Shown here: piece after piece, positions 1-10,695 of the stretch
How positions within the stretch are numbered: position 1 is the first letter of the stretch
How the letters are laid out: every line of letters begins with the position of its first letter
Assembly (NCBI GenBank): GCA_963813715.1
Contig: CAWFAK010000017.1
Location: 1,024,001-1,088,000, forward strand
Source: an uncultured Planctomycetaceae bacterium
Lineage (GTDB): Bacteria; Planctomycetota; Planctomycetia; Planctomycetales; Planctomycetaceae
Reading direction: 5' to 3'
Length of the DNA stretch: 64,000 bases
The notes under the pieces: generated by a model
Databases searched by the model: none
Told to the model about the DNA's origin: nothing
What the model saw: the letters and a program-made list of their open reading frames with translations, nothing else
Translations under genes and position numbers: made by a program

Positions 1-570
1 CGCGGCCCGCAACGCGACAAAGGCGGCCGCCGGCCCCAACAGAAACTGGTTCGTGCAGCAAAAAAATGCCGCGGGAAAGGTCGTTATCGCCCGCATGTCG
101 ACGCCGGAAATCATGGCCGGCATCAAGGGCGAGACGCTCGACCCGGCTGCCAAGGCCAAGGATTCGCCCAACGGCACCTTCTTGCCGCTGATGCAGTATC
201 CCGAGTTTCAGGCGCTGGCGTCCAATCGGGCCGTCAAGATGCAGGCCGACGCAAAGTCCCGCAAAACTCAGGACATTTATGCCAAGATCGACCGCCAGGA
301 GGCGCGTCGCAAACGCTGGCGCTGGTTGCGAACCCTGGTCTCAAACGTGAAGGGGATCGTCAGCCTGATCGTTTACCTGGCGGTGATCGTCGGAGTTTGC
401 TTTGCCGCGTGGCACTGGGGCATTCCGCTCGTCCGTGAAAAACTAACGGGAGGACAGTCAAATCCGCCCGCCGCCGGCATCCCCTGCCCGGCACTCCTGT
501 CCCAGGCACTCCGGTTCCCGGCGCCCCCGCGGCTCCGCCCAGTCAGCCCGCCGGTGCCAATGGGCACTAA
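1..570 (+). CDS. 3' part of a membrane-anchored protein of unknown function (5' end outside the window)
   Basis: Open frame from the window edge with a TM segment (GIVSLIVYLAVIVGVCFAAWHWG). One added base near 480 gives a Pro-rich tail (PGTPVPGTPVPGAP...ANGH*) ending at TAA 568-570. Confidence 0.55.
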
Positions 571-1156
571 GGATCCGCGCGTCGACGCGTATATCGCCAA
601 GGCCGCCGATTTCGCGAAGCCTGTGCTGCGCCACGTTCGCAAGCTGGTCCACGACGTTTGTCCCAACGTTCAAGAGACCATGAAATGGGGCAGCGCGTTC
701 TTCGTGGACGGCGGCAACATTTGCGGCATGTCCGCCTTTAAGAAGCACTGCGGCATCATCATCTGGCACTATGAGCGAGGGTCCTGGGCGGCGAAGAACG
801 AACAGGGCCGCGGCGAACTCGGCAAGATCACGGGGCTGGCCGACCTCCCGAGCGACGCCGAGCTCAAGCGGTGTATCAAATACTCGATGCAGCAGAATGC
901 CGCCGGAGTGAAAAAATCGCGCACGAGCGGCAAACCTCAGCCGAAGCTGCCGGTTCCACCCGAGTTCACCGCGGCCCTGAAAAAGAACGCGAAAGCACGG
1001 GCGACCTACGAAAGCTTTCCGCCCGGCAAACAGCGCGACTACCTCGAATGGTTCCATCAAGCCAAGCAGGCGGAAACCAGCAAGCACCGAATCGAGACGG
1101 CGATCGAATGGCTCGCCGAGGGCAAGTCGCGCAACTGGAAGTACGAGCGCAGCTAG
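560..1156 (+). CDS. YdeI/OmpD-associated family protein (DUF1801-like N-terminus)
   Basis: MGTKDPRVDAYIAKAADFAKPVL...ETMKW N-terminus and a typical C-terminus (PPGKQRDYLEW...AKQAET...EGKSRNWKYE). ATG at 560. Confidence 0.85.
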   Translation: MGTKDPRVDAYIAKAADFAKPVLRHVRKLVHDVCPNVQETMKWGSAFFVDGGNICGMSAFKKHCGIIIWHYERGSWAAKNEQGRGELGKITGLADLPSDAELKRCIKYSMQQNAAGVKKSRTSGKPQPKLPVPPEFTAALKKNAKARATYESFPPGKQRDYLEWFHQAKQAETSKHRIETAIEWLAEGKSRNWKYERS

Positions 1157-1216
1157 CCCAATCGTTCGTGCCCGGCTCGCCCCCTCGCCGGCTTTGCGTA
1201 TGAGCTGTCCGGGCTT

Positions 1217-1246
1217 TTGACTTGCCCGCGCGGGTCGCCTTATAAC
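1217..1246 (+). promoter_or_regulatory. Candidate sigma-70 promoter for gmd-fcl
   Basis: TTGACT-N18-TATAAC about 80 bp upstream of the gmd ATG. Confidence 0.45.
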
Positions 1247-1323
1247 CAAAGAGGGCCACGGAGGGCACCGACAGGTTCACTGCGGGCGTCCCGGCTCGCG
1301 CAATCGCACGTGGAGTCTCAAAC

Positions 1324-2367
1324 ATGGGTCGCCGTGTCGCCTTGATCACCGGAGTGACCGGGCAGGACGGCGCGCTCTTGGCCGAGCTCTTGCTGTCCAA
1401 AGGGTACGCCGTCCATGGCATCAAGCGCCGTTCTTCGTCTTTCAACACGGCCCGCGTCGACCATTTGTATGTCGACCCGCACGAGACCGACGGGCAGTTC
1501 CGGATGCACTACGGGGACATGACCGACGCCACCAACCTCATCCGCATCATCCAGGAGACACAGCCCGACGAGATCTACAACCTGGCCGCCCAGAGCCACG
1601 TGCAGGTCAGTTTCGAAACGCCCGAATATACGGCCAACGCCGATGCGCTCGGCACGTTGCGACTGCTTGAGGCCATTCGCATCCTGAAGATGGAACCGCG
1701 CGTCCGTTTCTACCAGGCGTCGAGCTCGGAGATGTACGGCGACGCACCGCCTCCGCAGGATGAACAGAGTCCCTTTCGTCCCCGCAGTCCCTACGCGGCC
1801 GCCAAGGTCTACGCCTACTGGGTGACGGCCAACTATCGCGAAGCGTACGGCATCCATGCCTCCAACGGCATCCTCTTCAATCACGAGGGCCCGACCCGCG
1901 GCGAAACATTTGTGACTCGCAAAATCACGCGGGCCGTCGCGGCGATCGAGGCCGGCCGCCAAGAGGCCGTCTATCTTGGGAACCTCGATGCTCACCGCGA
2001 TTGGGGCCACGCTCGCGATTTCGTCGACGGGATCTGGCGGATCGTGCAGCAGGACCAACCGGACGACTATGTCCTGGCGACAGGCGAGTCACACACCGTG
2101 CGCGAATTCGTGGAACGGGCATTCGCGGCAATCGACATGCCGCTCGCTTGGCGCGGTGCGGGGATCGACGAACAAGGCCTCGACGCCCGGGGCACCTGTC
2201 GGGTGGCCATCGATCCGCGTTATTTTCGTCCCACGGAAGTCGTCGCCCTGTTGGGCAATCCGGCCAAAGCCCGCGAGCGGCTCGGTTGGAAACACACCGT
2301 CGGTTTTGAACAACTTGTCCGCGAAATGGTGCAATCCGATCGCGAGCTGCTCGCAAAGGGTTCCTAG
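1324..2367 (+). CDS. gmd: GDP-mannose 4,6-dehydratase
   Basis: [42 protein letters not shown] and RDWGHARD motifs. Confidence 0.97.
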   Translation: MGRRVALITGVTGQDGALLAELLLSKGYAVHGIKRRSSSFNTARVDHLYVDPHETDGQFRMHYGDMTDATNLIRIIQETQPDEIYNLAAQSHVQVSFETPEYTANADALGTLRLLEAIRILKMEPRVRFYQASSSEMYGDAPPPQDEQSPFRPRSPYAAAKVYAYWVTANYREAYGIHASNGILFNHEGPTRGETFVTRKITRAVAAIEAGRQEAVYLGNLDAHRDWGHARDFVDGIWRIVQQDQPDDYVLATGESHTVREFVERAFAAIDMPLAWRGAGIDEQGLDARGTCRVAIDPRYFRPTEVVALLGNPAKARERLGWKHTVGFEQLVREMVQSDRELLAKGS

Positions 2368-2412
2368 TCCAGGTCTTTGTCGACTGATCGACCGTTGCAG
2401 GCCAATACATCG

Positions 2413-3381
2413 ATGACCGCACGACACCAATTCGAATGTCCCTTTCGCCTGGCCAACCGCCGCGTCTGGGTGGCTGGCCACGGCGGCATGGTCGGGCAGG
2501 CATTGGTGCGGCGACTGCAAAAAGAAAACTGCATTCTCCTGACAGCCGAGCGGACCCTTGATCTGCGCCGCCAGCGCGAGACCGAGGACTGGATTCGCGA
2601 CAACCGTCCCGACGCGATCTTTCTGGCCGCGGCCAAGGTCGGCGGGATCCTGGCCAACGACACGCGGCCGGCCGAATTCCTGTACGACAATCTGCTAATT
2701 CAGGCCAACGTCATCGAGGCGGCGTGGCGCTCTGGCGTGAAGAAGCTGCTGGCGTTGGGGTCTTCGTGCATTTATCCCAAGGAGTCGCCGCAACCGCTGA
2801 CCGAAAGCGCCCTCCTGACAGGGCCGCTGGAGCAGACAAACAAAGCTTACGCGATTGCGAAAATTGCCGGTCTGATGCTCTGCGAGAGTTATCGCCGGCA
2901 GCATGGCGCCGACTTCATTGCGGCGATGCCGACCAACCTGTACGGTCCCGGCGACAATTTCGATCTCGAATCGAGCCATGTCGTTCCGGCGCTCATGCGC
3001 AAGATCGAGGAAGCCGCTCGGCTGGGAAAGTCGGCGGTCACGATCTGGGGCACCGGCCGGCCGCGGCGCGAGTTTCTCCACGTCGACGACTGTGCCGATG
3101 CGCTCGTGCATCTCATGACGCACTATTCCGGCGACGAGCACGTGAACGTCGGCACCGGCACCGACATCGCAATTCGCGACCTGGCCGCTTTGATCGCCGA
3201 GATTATCGGCTACCGGGGCGAGTTTGTTTACGACATGTCGAAGCCGGACGGGACGCTCGTCAAGCGACTCGACGTGAGCCGACTCAGCGAGCTGGGCTGG
3301 AAGGCCTCGATCGATCTCGAAGCGGGACTGCGGCAAACCTACGAGTGGTACTGCCACCGCGCGCAGGCTGTCCGCGTCTGA
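2413..3381 (+). CDS. fcl: GDP-L-fucose synthase
   Basis: VAGHGGMVG, AAAKVGGILAN, LGSSCIYPK, YAIAK, PTNLYGPGDNF and REFLHVDD motifs; follows gmd. Start could be 2377. Confidence 0.95.
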   Translation: MTARHQFECPFRLANRRVWVAGHGGMVGQALVRRLQKENCILLTAERTLDLRRQRETEDWIRDNRPDAIFLAAAKVGGILANDTRPAEFLYDNLLIQANVIEAAWRSGVKKLLALGSSCIYPKESPQPLTESALLTGPLEQTNKAYAIAKIAGLMLCESYRRQHGADFIAAMPTNLYGPGDNFDLESSHVVPALMRKIEEAARLGKSAVTIWGTGRPRREFLHVDDCADALVHLMTHYSGDEHVNVGTGTDIAIRDLAALIAEIIGYRGEFVYDMSKPDGTLVKRLDVSRLSELGWKASIDLEAGLRQTYEWYCHRAQAVRV

Positions 3382-3447
3382 CGCTCGAGGGATCTCTTCG
3401 GGCCCGGTCATTCCGGGGTCGCCATGTCGGAACTTCCTGACGAAGTT

Positions 3448-3900
3448 CTAATCGCCGCAGCCGCACTCCAGGTTCATCGCCGTCTGCAACAAACGCGTCT
3501 CGTGGCGTCGATGCGAGATCTGGCGAGTCATCCATTGACGGACGGCTGAGTTCACCCGAACCGCGTCGCGCTCGTAGGGACCAGGCGTGTCCAGACGGTC
3601 ACGCAGCGCCTGCAGCGACAACACCAAGAGGCGTTGCTCGTTCTGCAAGTCCTCGACGTGCCGGTACCAACTTGGATACTCGTCGAGAACTTCGCTCAAA
3701 TAGCCGCTGGATTCCTTTAATGCCATTTGGCGCGGCAAGGTGTCTAGCAATGCGTCGAGAACGGCGATCAGCCAGCTGCGCGTGAATTGATCGGCCGGTT
3801 CCTCGAGCAGATCGCGAAGATCGCCGAGCAGGATGTATTCCAGGGCCGTGTAGTCTTCGAGGCTTTCGCAGGCTGCCGCGTCGAAGTGGATGCGGTCCAT
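3448..3900 (-). CDS. Hypothetical helical-bundle protein, degenerate hemerythrin-like
   Basis: 150 aa ORF with strong RBS (AAGGAGG). The pattern E..GYL..V...YP.W...V..L..E and HRRHE..LLQ resembles hemerythrin-like domains. Confidence 0.6.
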   Translation of the reverse strand: MDRIHFDAAACESLEDYTALEYILLGDLRDLLEEPADQFTRSWLIAVLDALLDTLPRQMALKESSGYLSEVLDEYPSWYRHVEDLQNEQRLLVLSLQALRDRLDTPGPYERDAVRVNSAVRQWMTRQISHRRHETRLLQTAMNLECGCGD

Positions 3901-3952
3901 CGTGTGACCTCCTTCACTTACGTGCCAGGATGCGTCGGGCAGTGCGTGCCAT

Positions 3953-3969
3953 TGCAGATTGTGTGCCGA
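3953..3969 (-). promoter_or_regulatory. Candidate sigma-54 (-24/-12) promoter
   Basis: Minus strand TCGGCACACAATCTGCA has exact GG-N10-GC spacing, about 50 bp upstream of the 3900 start. Confidence 0.6.
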
Positions 3970-4178
3970 AGCGGCGGCAGCGACTTCGACCCGACGCGAT
4001 CAACTCCTTTGTCCACGGTCGACGCCCTCCTTTGCGGACCGGCCCTGGAAACCGGCGTCTGAATTTCACGGCGAATACCGCGAATTCTCGGACGCCGCTG
4101 ACCCGTTGACTGCTTCCACTCTTGAGTCTACGTCGGCCCAAACCGAAGGTCAAAGAAAATCCGGGGCGACCGGATTCT

Positions 4179-5195
4179 TCAACTCAATTTGTAAAATTGA
4201 ACGGCGTTATCGTGAAACAGCCGCTTCTGGAACTCGCGCGAACGTCTGGCGACGATGGACTCGAGCGCCGCCAGCCACTGCTGCCAGGTTGCCACGCCGG
4301 TGCAGACGGGCCAATCGCCTCCGAAAAACACGCGCCGGTCGCCAAACGTCTCGAGACAGAAATTGATCGTTGGCGCGAGGTCAGCGGGCTTCCAGTGGCC
4401 GGGCCGGGCGGTCGCCACGATCCCCGAAATCTTGCAAACCACGTTCGAGTGCGCGGCGGCTTCGTGCATCGCGCGTTCCCACTCTGTTCGTGCCTTCGCG
4501 TCAGTCGATTGCGAGTCCCAGTTGCCGCAATGATCGATCACGAAACGCGTCTGTGGGGATTTGTCGATGAGCCGAACGGCGTCCATCATCTCCGCGGACC
4601 TCATACAGAGATCGAAACTCAGTCCCAGCTGGCCAAGCAGATGGACGTTTTCGACGAACTGCCGTTCCAGGCACATTCCTTTGGGGCGATCGGGGTCGTG
4701 CAGCACCATCCGCACCCCTTTGACGTACGGATTCTGCGCATACTCCTTGATGTAATCCGCGAACCGCTCACTTTGCATCGACCCGCCGATAACCGCCCCG
4801 GCCATCCGGCTTCCCGGCTGGCGGCATAAGTTGATGACGTACTCGGCTTCGACTGTGTGCTGCCGCGGATCGCAGGCCACCTCCATGTAGATGGTCTTGA
4901 CGACGTTCGCGCCCGCCGTGGCCGCGTCATAATCCTTGAGCAAGTAGTTGTGCGCCAACGGCTTGCCCTTCGGCAAACTCATCCAGGGGAGCCGCAGCTT
5001 GCTCAAGTCCCACAAATGCACATGCGTATCGACAATCGGGAATGCGTCGCGGAACACGGAATTCCCCTGGGCCGCCGCCAGCGTGGCCGTCACTTGGCCG
5101 GCGGCCGACGTCGCCAGCGCGGTTCCGGCCGCGGAAAGAAAGTCTCGCCGGGAGACGTCGGCCAGAGCACCGCGGTCCAAGACATTTGCAGCCAT
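4179..5195 (-). CDS. Tat-exported amidohydrolase family protein (Amidohydro_2, sugar-lactonase-like)
   Basis: SRRDFL twin-arginine signal; IVDTHVHLWD, VIDHCG, CKISG and FFGGDWPVC motifs. Confidence 0.88.
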   Translation of the reverse strand: MAANVLDRGALADVSRRDFLSAAGTALATSAAGQVTATLAAAQGNSVFRDAFPIVDTHVHLWDLSKLRLPWMSLPKGKPLAHNYLLKDYDAATAGANVVKTIYMEVACDPRQHTVEAEYVINLCRQPGSRMAGAVIGGSMQSERFADYIKEYAQNPYVKGVRMVLHDPDRPKGMCLERQFVENVHLLGQLGLSFDLCMRSAEMMDAVRLIDKSPQTRFVIDHCGNWDSQSTDAKARTEWERAMHEAAAHSNVVCKISGIVATARPGHWKPADLAPTINFCLETFGDRRVFFGGDWPVCTGVATWQQWLAALESIVARRSREFQKRLFHDNAVQFYKLS

Positions 5196-5219
5196 GACAA
5201 CGAATCCTTCTTCAAACTT

Positions 5220-5612
5220 CTAAACGCGCTCGATCCGCGCGATGTCGTCGATCGAAATCGGGCCGATCTCTGACGCGCGTCCGGACGCACCCGGCTCGTC
5301 TGACAACAGAAACAACCGCCCCGCTGCACTTTTGCGATTGTCGGGATATCCGGAGTGCACCTGCTCGTTCCGCAGGGTGACGCGAACCGCGTTCGTCTCG
5401 TTCACGCCGGCCAATCCCTCGTGCACAATCTCCGGAAATCGGCTCCACGCCCACGTCCACAACGTGGACTTGGGGTCCACCTTGCCGGCGATGTCCTCCC
5501 ATTCCAGCTCGGCTCGTTTGAGGTCGGCCAGTCGCGCGGAACCGCACCATGGCTTGAGCACCTGCTCCAGCCAATCGCGGCGTGAAGCAATGAGATCGGC
5601 AAAAGTGTTCAC
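5220..5612 (-). CDS. Hypothetical protein
   Basis: 130 aa ORF with protein-like composition, co-oriented and tightly packed with the amidohydrolase. Confidence 0.65.
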   Translation of the reverse strand: MNTFADLIASRRDWLEQVLKPWCGSARLADLKRAELEWEDIAGKVDPKSTLWTWAWSRFPEIVHEGLAGVNETNAVRVTLRNEQVHSGYPDNRKSAAGRLFLLSDEPGASGRASEIGPISIDDIARIERV

Positions 5613-5760
5613 GACTCCGATTTTCTCATGCCCGGATCACTTTTCGCCACCGAACGCGTTTTGGTCAGGCTGGTCAGCGGATTGCGTTGGACGGTCGTCG
5701 AAGCACGCGTTAACATTAAACTCCATTGATGCGTCGATTGCCGCCCGCCGGTGACGATCA

Positions 5761-8700
5761 ATGAAGCGCTCCCGCCTGGGTCTCCCGCCCCACGCCTTCC
5801 TGCTTTCGGCGATTTGTTCGGTCTGCTGCCTGTCGTTGCTGGCACGTCCGTCCTGCGCTGAAGGACCAGCCACAGGGAGAGCCAAAGATCCGGCGAAGAT
5901 CGAATTCGCCACCCAAATTGAGCCGATTTTCGCCCAACACTGCCTCGAGTGCCACGGCGGCAAAGACTCGCAATCGGGCCTGCGACTCGACAGCCTGGGG
6001 GCAATCCTCAAAGGAGGCGACCGCGGAGCGGCAGTCGTTCCCGGCAACGCAGCCAAGAGTCTGCTCGTGAAGGCTCTCCAAGGTGAAGGCGACCTGACGC
6101 CGATGCCGGCCGAGGCGCCTCGCCTGTCGAAAGAAACCATCGCCCGCGTGGTCCGCTGGATCAATGAAGGGGCGACCGGACCGGCCGAATCGACGGTCGG
6201 GCCGCGACCGACGCACTGGGCGTTTGTTCCCGTCGCTCACCCCCGCGTGCCGGCAATGGCTCCCGACGATCGCCCGGGCAATCCCATCGACGCCTTCATC
6301 CGGCAGCGGTTGGCGGCCGAACGACTTGCCCCGTCACCCGAGGCTGATCGATCCACGCTGATCCGCCGCCTCAGTTTTGATCTTCGGGGGCTGCCGCCGA
6401 GTCCCGATGAAGTGGAAGAATTCCAACGCGATGCCCGCCCGGACGGCTACGAACGGCTCGTCGACCGCATGCTGGCGTCGCCGGCTTACGGCGAGCGGTG
6501 GGGACGTCACTGGCTTGACCAGGCCCGCTATGCGGATTCCAACGGCTACACCGTTGACAGTCCGCGGCAAATTTGGCGCTATCGAGACTGGGTCATCGCC
6601 GCCACGAATGCCGATGTGCCGTTCGATCGCTTCGCGTTGGAACAGCTGGCCGGCGACCTGCTGCCGAAGCCGACACCCGACGAACTGGTCGCCACCGGCT
6701 TTCACCGCAACACACTCACCAACGAGGAAGGCGGCGTCGACAAGGAGCAATTCCGCGTCGAGTCGGTGATCGATCGCGTCAACACGACGGGCACGGTCTT
6801 CCTGGGGCTCACAGTCGGCTGTGCCCAGTGCCATCAGCACAAGTTCGACCCGATCTCCCAGCGCGACTACTACAACCTCTTCGCGATCTTCAACAACTGC
6901 GATGAGCCGGCCTTGCAGGTGGCGACGGCCGACCAGGCGTCGCAATTGAAACGGTTGACGCGCGAGATTGCGAAGGCCGAACGCCCGCTCGTCGAGTACG
7001 ATCGCGCTCTGCGGTCGCGGCAAACCGCGTGGGAGCAGACAATCGCCGCGCGGCCGCCGGTGAATTGGGAAACGGCAGCACTGTCAACGGTCCGCACCGA
7101 AAAAGGAACGCAACTCAATCCGGTCGGCGACGGTTCGCTCGTCGTCGATTTCAGCGTCCCGGCCAACGACACGTATCACCTCGAGTTCGACGTTCCCTCC
7201 GGCAAGGTCGATGCGATCCGGCTCGAGGCCCTGACGCATCCGAGCTTGCCGCTCTCGGGCCCGGGCCGAAGCGACGCCACTGGCAACTTTGTGCTGAGCG
7301 AGTTCGAGGTGAATGCCCGCCCGCTGGCCGGCAGTGCGATTCGAGGATGGATGCCGATCAAGCTGGCGGCCGCCGTCGCCGATCATTCACAGGAGGGCTA
7401 TCCCGCTGCGTTTGCCGTCGACGGCGACCGCGGCACGGGCTGGGCGATCGGCACGAAATTTGGCAATCCGCACATCCCTCGCGAGCTGATGGTCATTCCG
7501 CGAAATCCGATCCGCATGGCCGGCGGTGTGCGGTTGAAAGTCGTGCTTCGCCACGAGCACTCGGAGCCAAACTACCTCGTCGGCTGCGTACGACTGAGCA
7601 CGGCAGTCGGCCCGGTTGAAGCGTTGCAGGTCCCCAATTCCATCCGCGGCCTGGCGCTGGTCCCAGCCAATAAGCGCACCCGACAGCAGCGCGCCGAGTT
7701 ATCGGCAGCCTTTTACGAAACCGACGTCACCCGTAGACCGCTGGGGGCTCGCGTCGCGGTGCTCAAGTCGCAGAAAGCAGCGCTCGATCGGCGCGTGCCG
7801 ACGACCCTCGTCCTGAGCGAGCGAAAAATTCCCCGCGACTCGCATGTGCTGATCCGCGGCGACTTCCTCCGCCTGGGCGCCGTCGTGACCGGCGGCGTGC
7901 CGGAGTTCCTGCCGCCGTTGCCGCCCTCGAAGGAGCAGCCGACGCGGATCGATCTGGCTCGCTGGCTGTTTGACCCGGCCAATCCCCTCACCGCCCGCGT
8001 GACCGTCAATCGCGCCTGGGAACACTTCTTCGGCACGGGATTGGTCGACACGGAAAACGACTTCGGCACCCAGGGCTCGCGTCCCACGCATCCCGCGCTT
8101 CTCGACTGGCTCGCCGGCGAGTTGGTGCGACGCGGATGGAGCCAAAAGAGCCTGCACCGCTTGATCGTCACGTCGGCAACCTATCGGCAATCGTCGGAGC
8201 TGCGAGAAGATTTGATTGTCCGCGATCCCGGCAACCGCTGGCTCGCGCGGCAATCGCGGCTTCGCCTGGAAGCGGAATCGGTCCGCGACGCGGCACTCAC
8301 CGCCAGCGGTCTCTTGTGCCGCAAGATCGGTGGCCCCAGCGTCCACCCGCCGCAGCCTGAAGGCTTTTTTGTGATTACGCAGCAAAAAAAGGCGTGGCCC
8401 GAAAGCCAGGGAGCCGATCGTTATCGCCGCGGCATGTACACCTACTTTTGGCGGAGCAGCCCGTACCCGATGCTGCCGACATTCGATGCTCCCGACGGCA
8501 ATACCACCTGCACGCGCCGCAATCGCTCCGACACCCCCCTTCAAGCCCTGACCTTGGCCAATGACCGGGTCTTTGTGGAAATGTCAGACGGCCTGGCCGC
8601 CCGCATTTTGCGCGAGGCAGGCGGCGATCACCGGCGCAGATCCGGCGAGCTTTTTTGGTTTGTCTCGCCCGCGAACCAAGCGCGGCCGAAGCAGACCGGC

Positions 8701-8801
8701 TCGGCACGTTTCTGGCGGCTCAGACAGGTCCACCGAGCGAAGCCTGGCGCGCCGCCGCCCGTGTCCTGCTCAATCTTGACGAATTCATTACCCGGGAATG
8801 A
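5761..8801 (+). CDS. Planctomycete cytochrome c / DUF1549 / DUF1553 (PSD1) protein, frameshift near 8630
   Basis: CLECH and CAQCH heme motifs; YGERWGRHWLDQARYADS; NPLTARVTVNR; PTHPALLDWLA. The alternate frame restores the canonical end LLNLDEFITRE* at 8801, with an ATGA overlap into the next gene. Confidence 0.9.
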
Positions 8802-10260
8802 ACCCGATGCGTCCAGACGAAACCGAATTACGCAACCTGACCCGGCGGCACTTCTTCGCCGAATCCAGTCTGGGCATTGGCTCGGTTGCTCTGGCGTCGC
8901 TCCTTAGCGGCAATCAGCTTCTGGCCGCACCGACCACGGCGGCCAATGCGCGTCAAACCAATCCACTGGCGCCGGCATTGCCGCACTTCGCCGCGAAGGC
9001 CAAGCGGGTGATCTTCCTGTTCATGGCAGGCGGCCCGAGCCAGCTGGAACTGTTCGACAGTAAACCGAAGCTGCAGGAACTGGACGGCCAGGTGATCCCC
9101 GCTTCGTATGTGAAAAACAAGCGATTCGCCTTCATCAAGCAAGACGCCAAACTCCTGGGCACACGACGCAAGTTTCGCCGCTATGGCCAAAGCGGCCTGG
9201 AAATATCGACGCTTCTGCCACACCTGGGTTCGGTCATCGACGAATGCACACTTATTCGCAGCATGAAGACCGACGTTTTCAATCACGGGCCCGCCAAGTT
9301 GTTCGTCAATACGGGCTCTTCGCGATTCGGCCGTCCGTCGATGGGGGCCTGGGTCACGTACGGGATCGGCAGCGAATCCGAAAGTCTCCCCGCGTTCGTC
9401 GTGTTGCTCTCGGGCCGCGCGGGCCGCGGGGCGGAGCCCCTCTGTGGGGCAGCGGATTCTTGCCGACGACCTATCAGGGCGTCGCGTTCCTGAACGGGTC
9501 CGAGCCGATTCTCAATTTGTCGAATCCGCAGGGTGTCGACCGCCGCGCACAGGGCGAATTTGTGGCTGCGGTGCGCGATCTGAATTCGTTACGGCTCAAC
9601 CAGGTTCGCGATCCGGAAATTTCGACCCGCATCGCCGCGTACGAAATGGCTTACCGGATGCAGACCAGCGCCCCCGAGCTCATGGACCTCACTCGCGAGA
9701 CGAAGCAGACGCTGGCCGATTACGGTGCCGATCCGCACACGCCGTCGTTCGCCCGCAACTGCCTCCTGGCCCGCCGGCTGATCGAAAAGGGCTCGCGTTT
9801 CGTGCAGCTTTATCACACCGATTGGGACCATCACGGCAATCCAGGCACAAACCTGGGACAGCCGCTCGACGACCGCTGTCGCGAAGTCGACCGGCCGGCC
9901 GCGGCGCTCATTCGCGATCTCAAGCAGCGGGGACTACTCGACAGCACGCTGGTCATTTGGGGCGGCGAATTCGGCCGCACACCACAGGGCGAGCCCCGCG
10001 AAGTCCCCGGTCGCGATCACCACATCGAAGCCTACACGATGCTCTTGGCCGGCGGCGGCCTCAAAGGCGGCACGAGCATCGGCCAAACCGATGAGATCGG
10101 CTACTACGTCACGGAAGACCCGGTGCACGTTCACGACCTGCAGGCGACCGTGCTGCATTTGTTGGGACTCGACCACAAACGGCTCACGTACCGGTTCCAA
10201 GGTCGTGATTTCCGCCTGACCGACGTGGCCGGGAATGTGGTGCGGAAAGTCCTGGCATGA
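8798..10260 (+). CDS. DUF1501 domain-containing protein, frameshift near 9415
   Basis: TRRHF Tat-like signal; AKRVIFLFMAGGPSQLELFD, RPSMGAWVTYG, GGEFGRTP and YRFQGRDFRLTDV, spread over two frames. Confidence 0.9.
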
Positions 10261-10655
10261 ATCGCGACGCCGTCCTGCGCAAGGTGCTGTGGGCGACGGT
10301 CGTGTACAACTTGCTCGGAGCATCGGCGTTTGCGTTCCCGGCTTCTGTGGGGCAACTCGCCGGCTTACCACTGCCAGTTCCGCTGGTTTACAGCGTGATG
10401 CTCACGCTCTTTGTGCTGCTCTTCGGGGCGGCATATGCCTGGCTGGCACTTCAGCCGACGATCGACCGGCCGATGGTCGGTTTCGCCGCCTTCGGCAAAG
10501 CAAGCGTGTTCGTGGCGGCGGTCGTCTTATGGGCAACCGGCAATGCGTCCGCGTGGCTGATCCCCGGCGCGACGGGCGATCTGATTTTCGCGGCCGTCTT
10601 TGCCTGGTGGTTGCGGGCAACGGCTGCCGCTCCCACGGTCACCACCAACCGGTAA
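10257..10655 (+). CDS. Small four-TM membrane protein
   Basis: 132 aa hydrophobic ORF with an ATGA overlap with the DUF1501 stop. Confidence 0.75.
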   Translation: MNRDAVLRKVLWATVVYNLLGASAFAFPASVGQLAGLPLPVPLVYSVMLTLFVLLFGAAYAWLALQPTIDRPMVGFAAFGKASVFVAAVVLWATGNASAWLIPGATGDLIFAAVFAWWLRATAAAPTVTTNR

Positions 10656-10695
10656 CGTCCCCGCGAACGAGCAGGAGTTCGCCCGATGAACCGGT

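Noticed and set aside
53..1156. Apparent fusion of a membrane protein with YdeI (367 aa ORF)
   Set aside because: The alternate frame gives a natural PGTPV-repeat tail ending at TAA 570, overlapping the YdeI ATG at 560. One homopolymer deletion near 480 explains the fusion.
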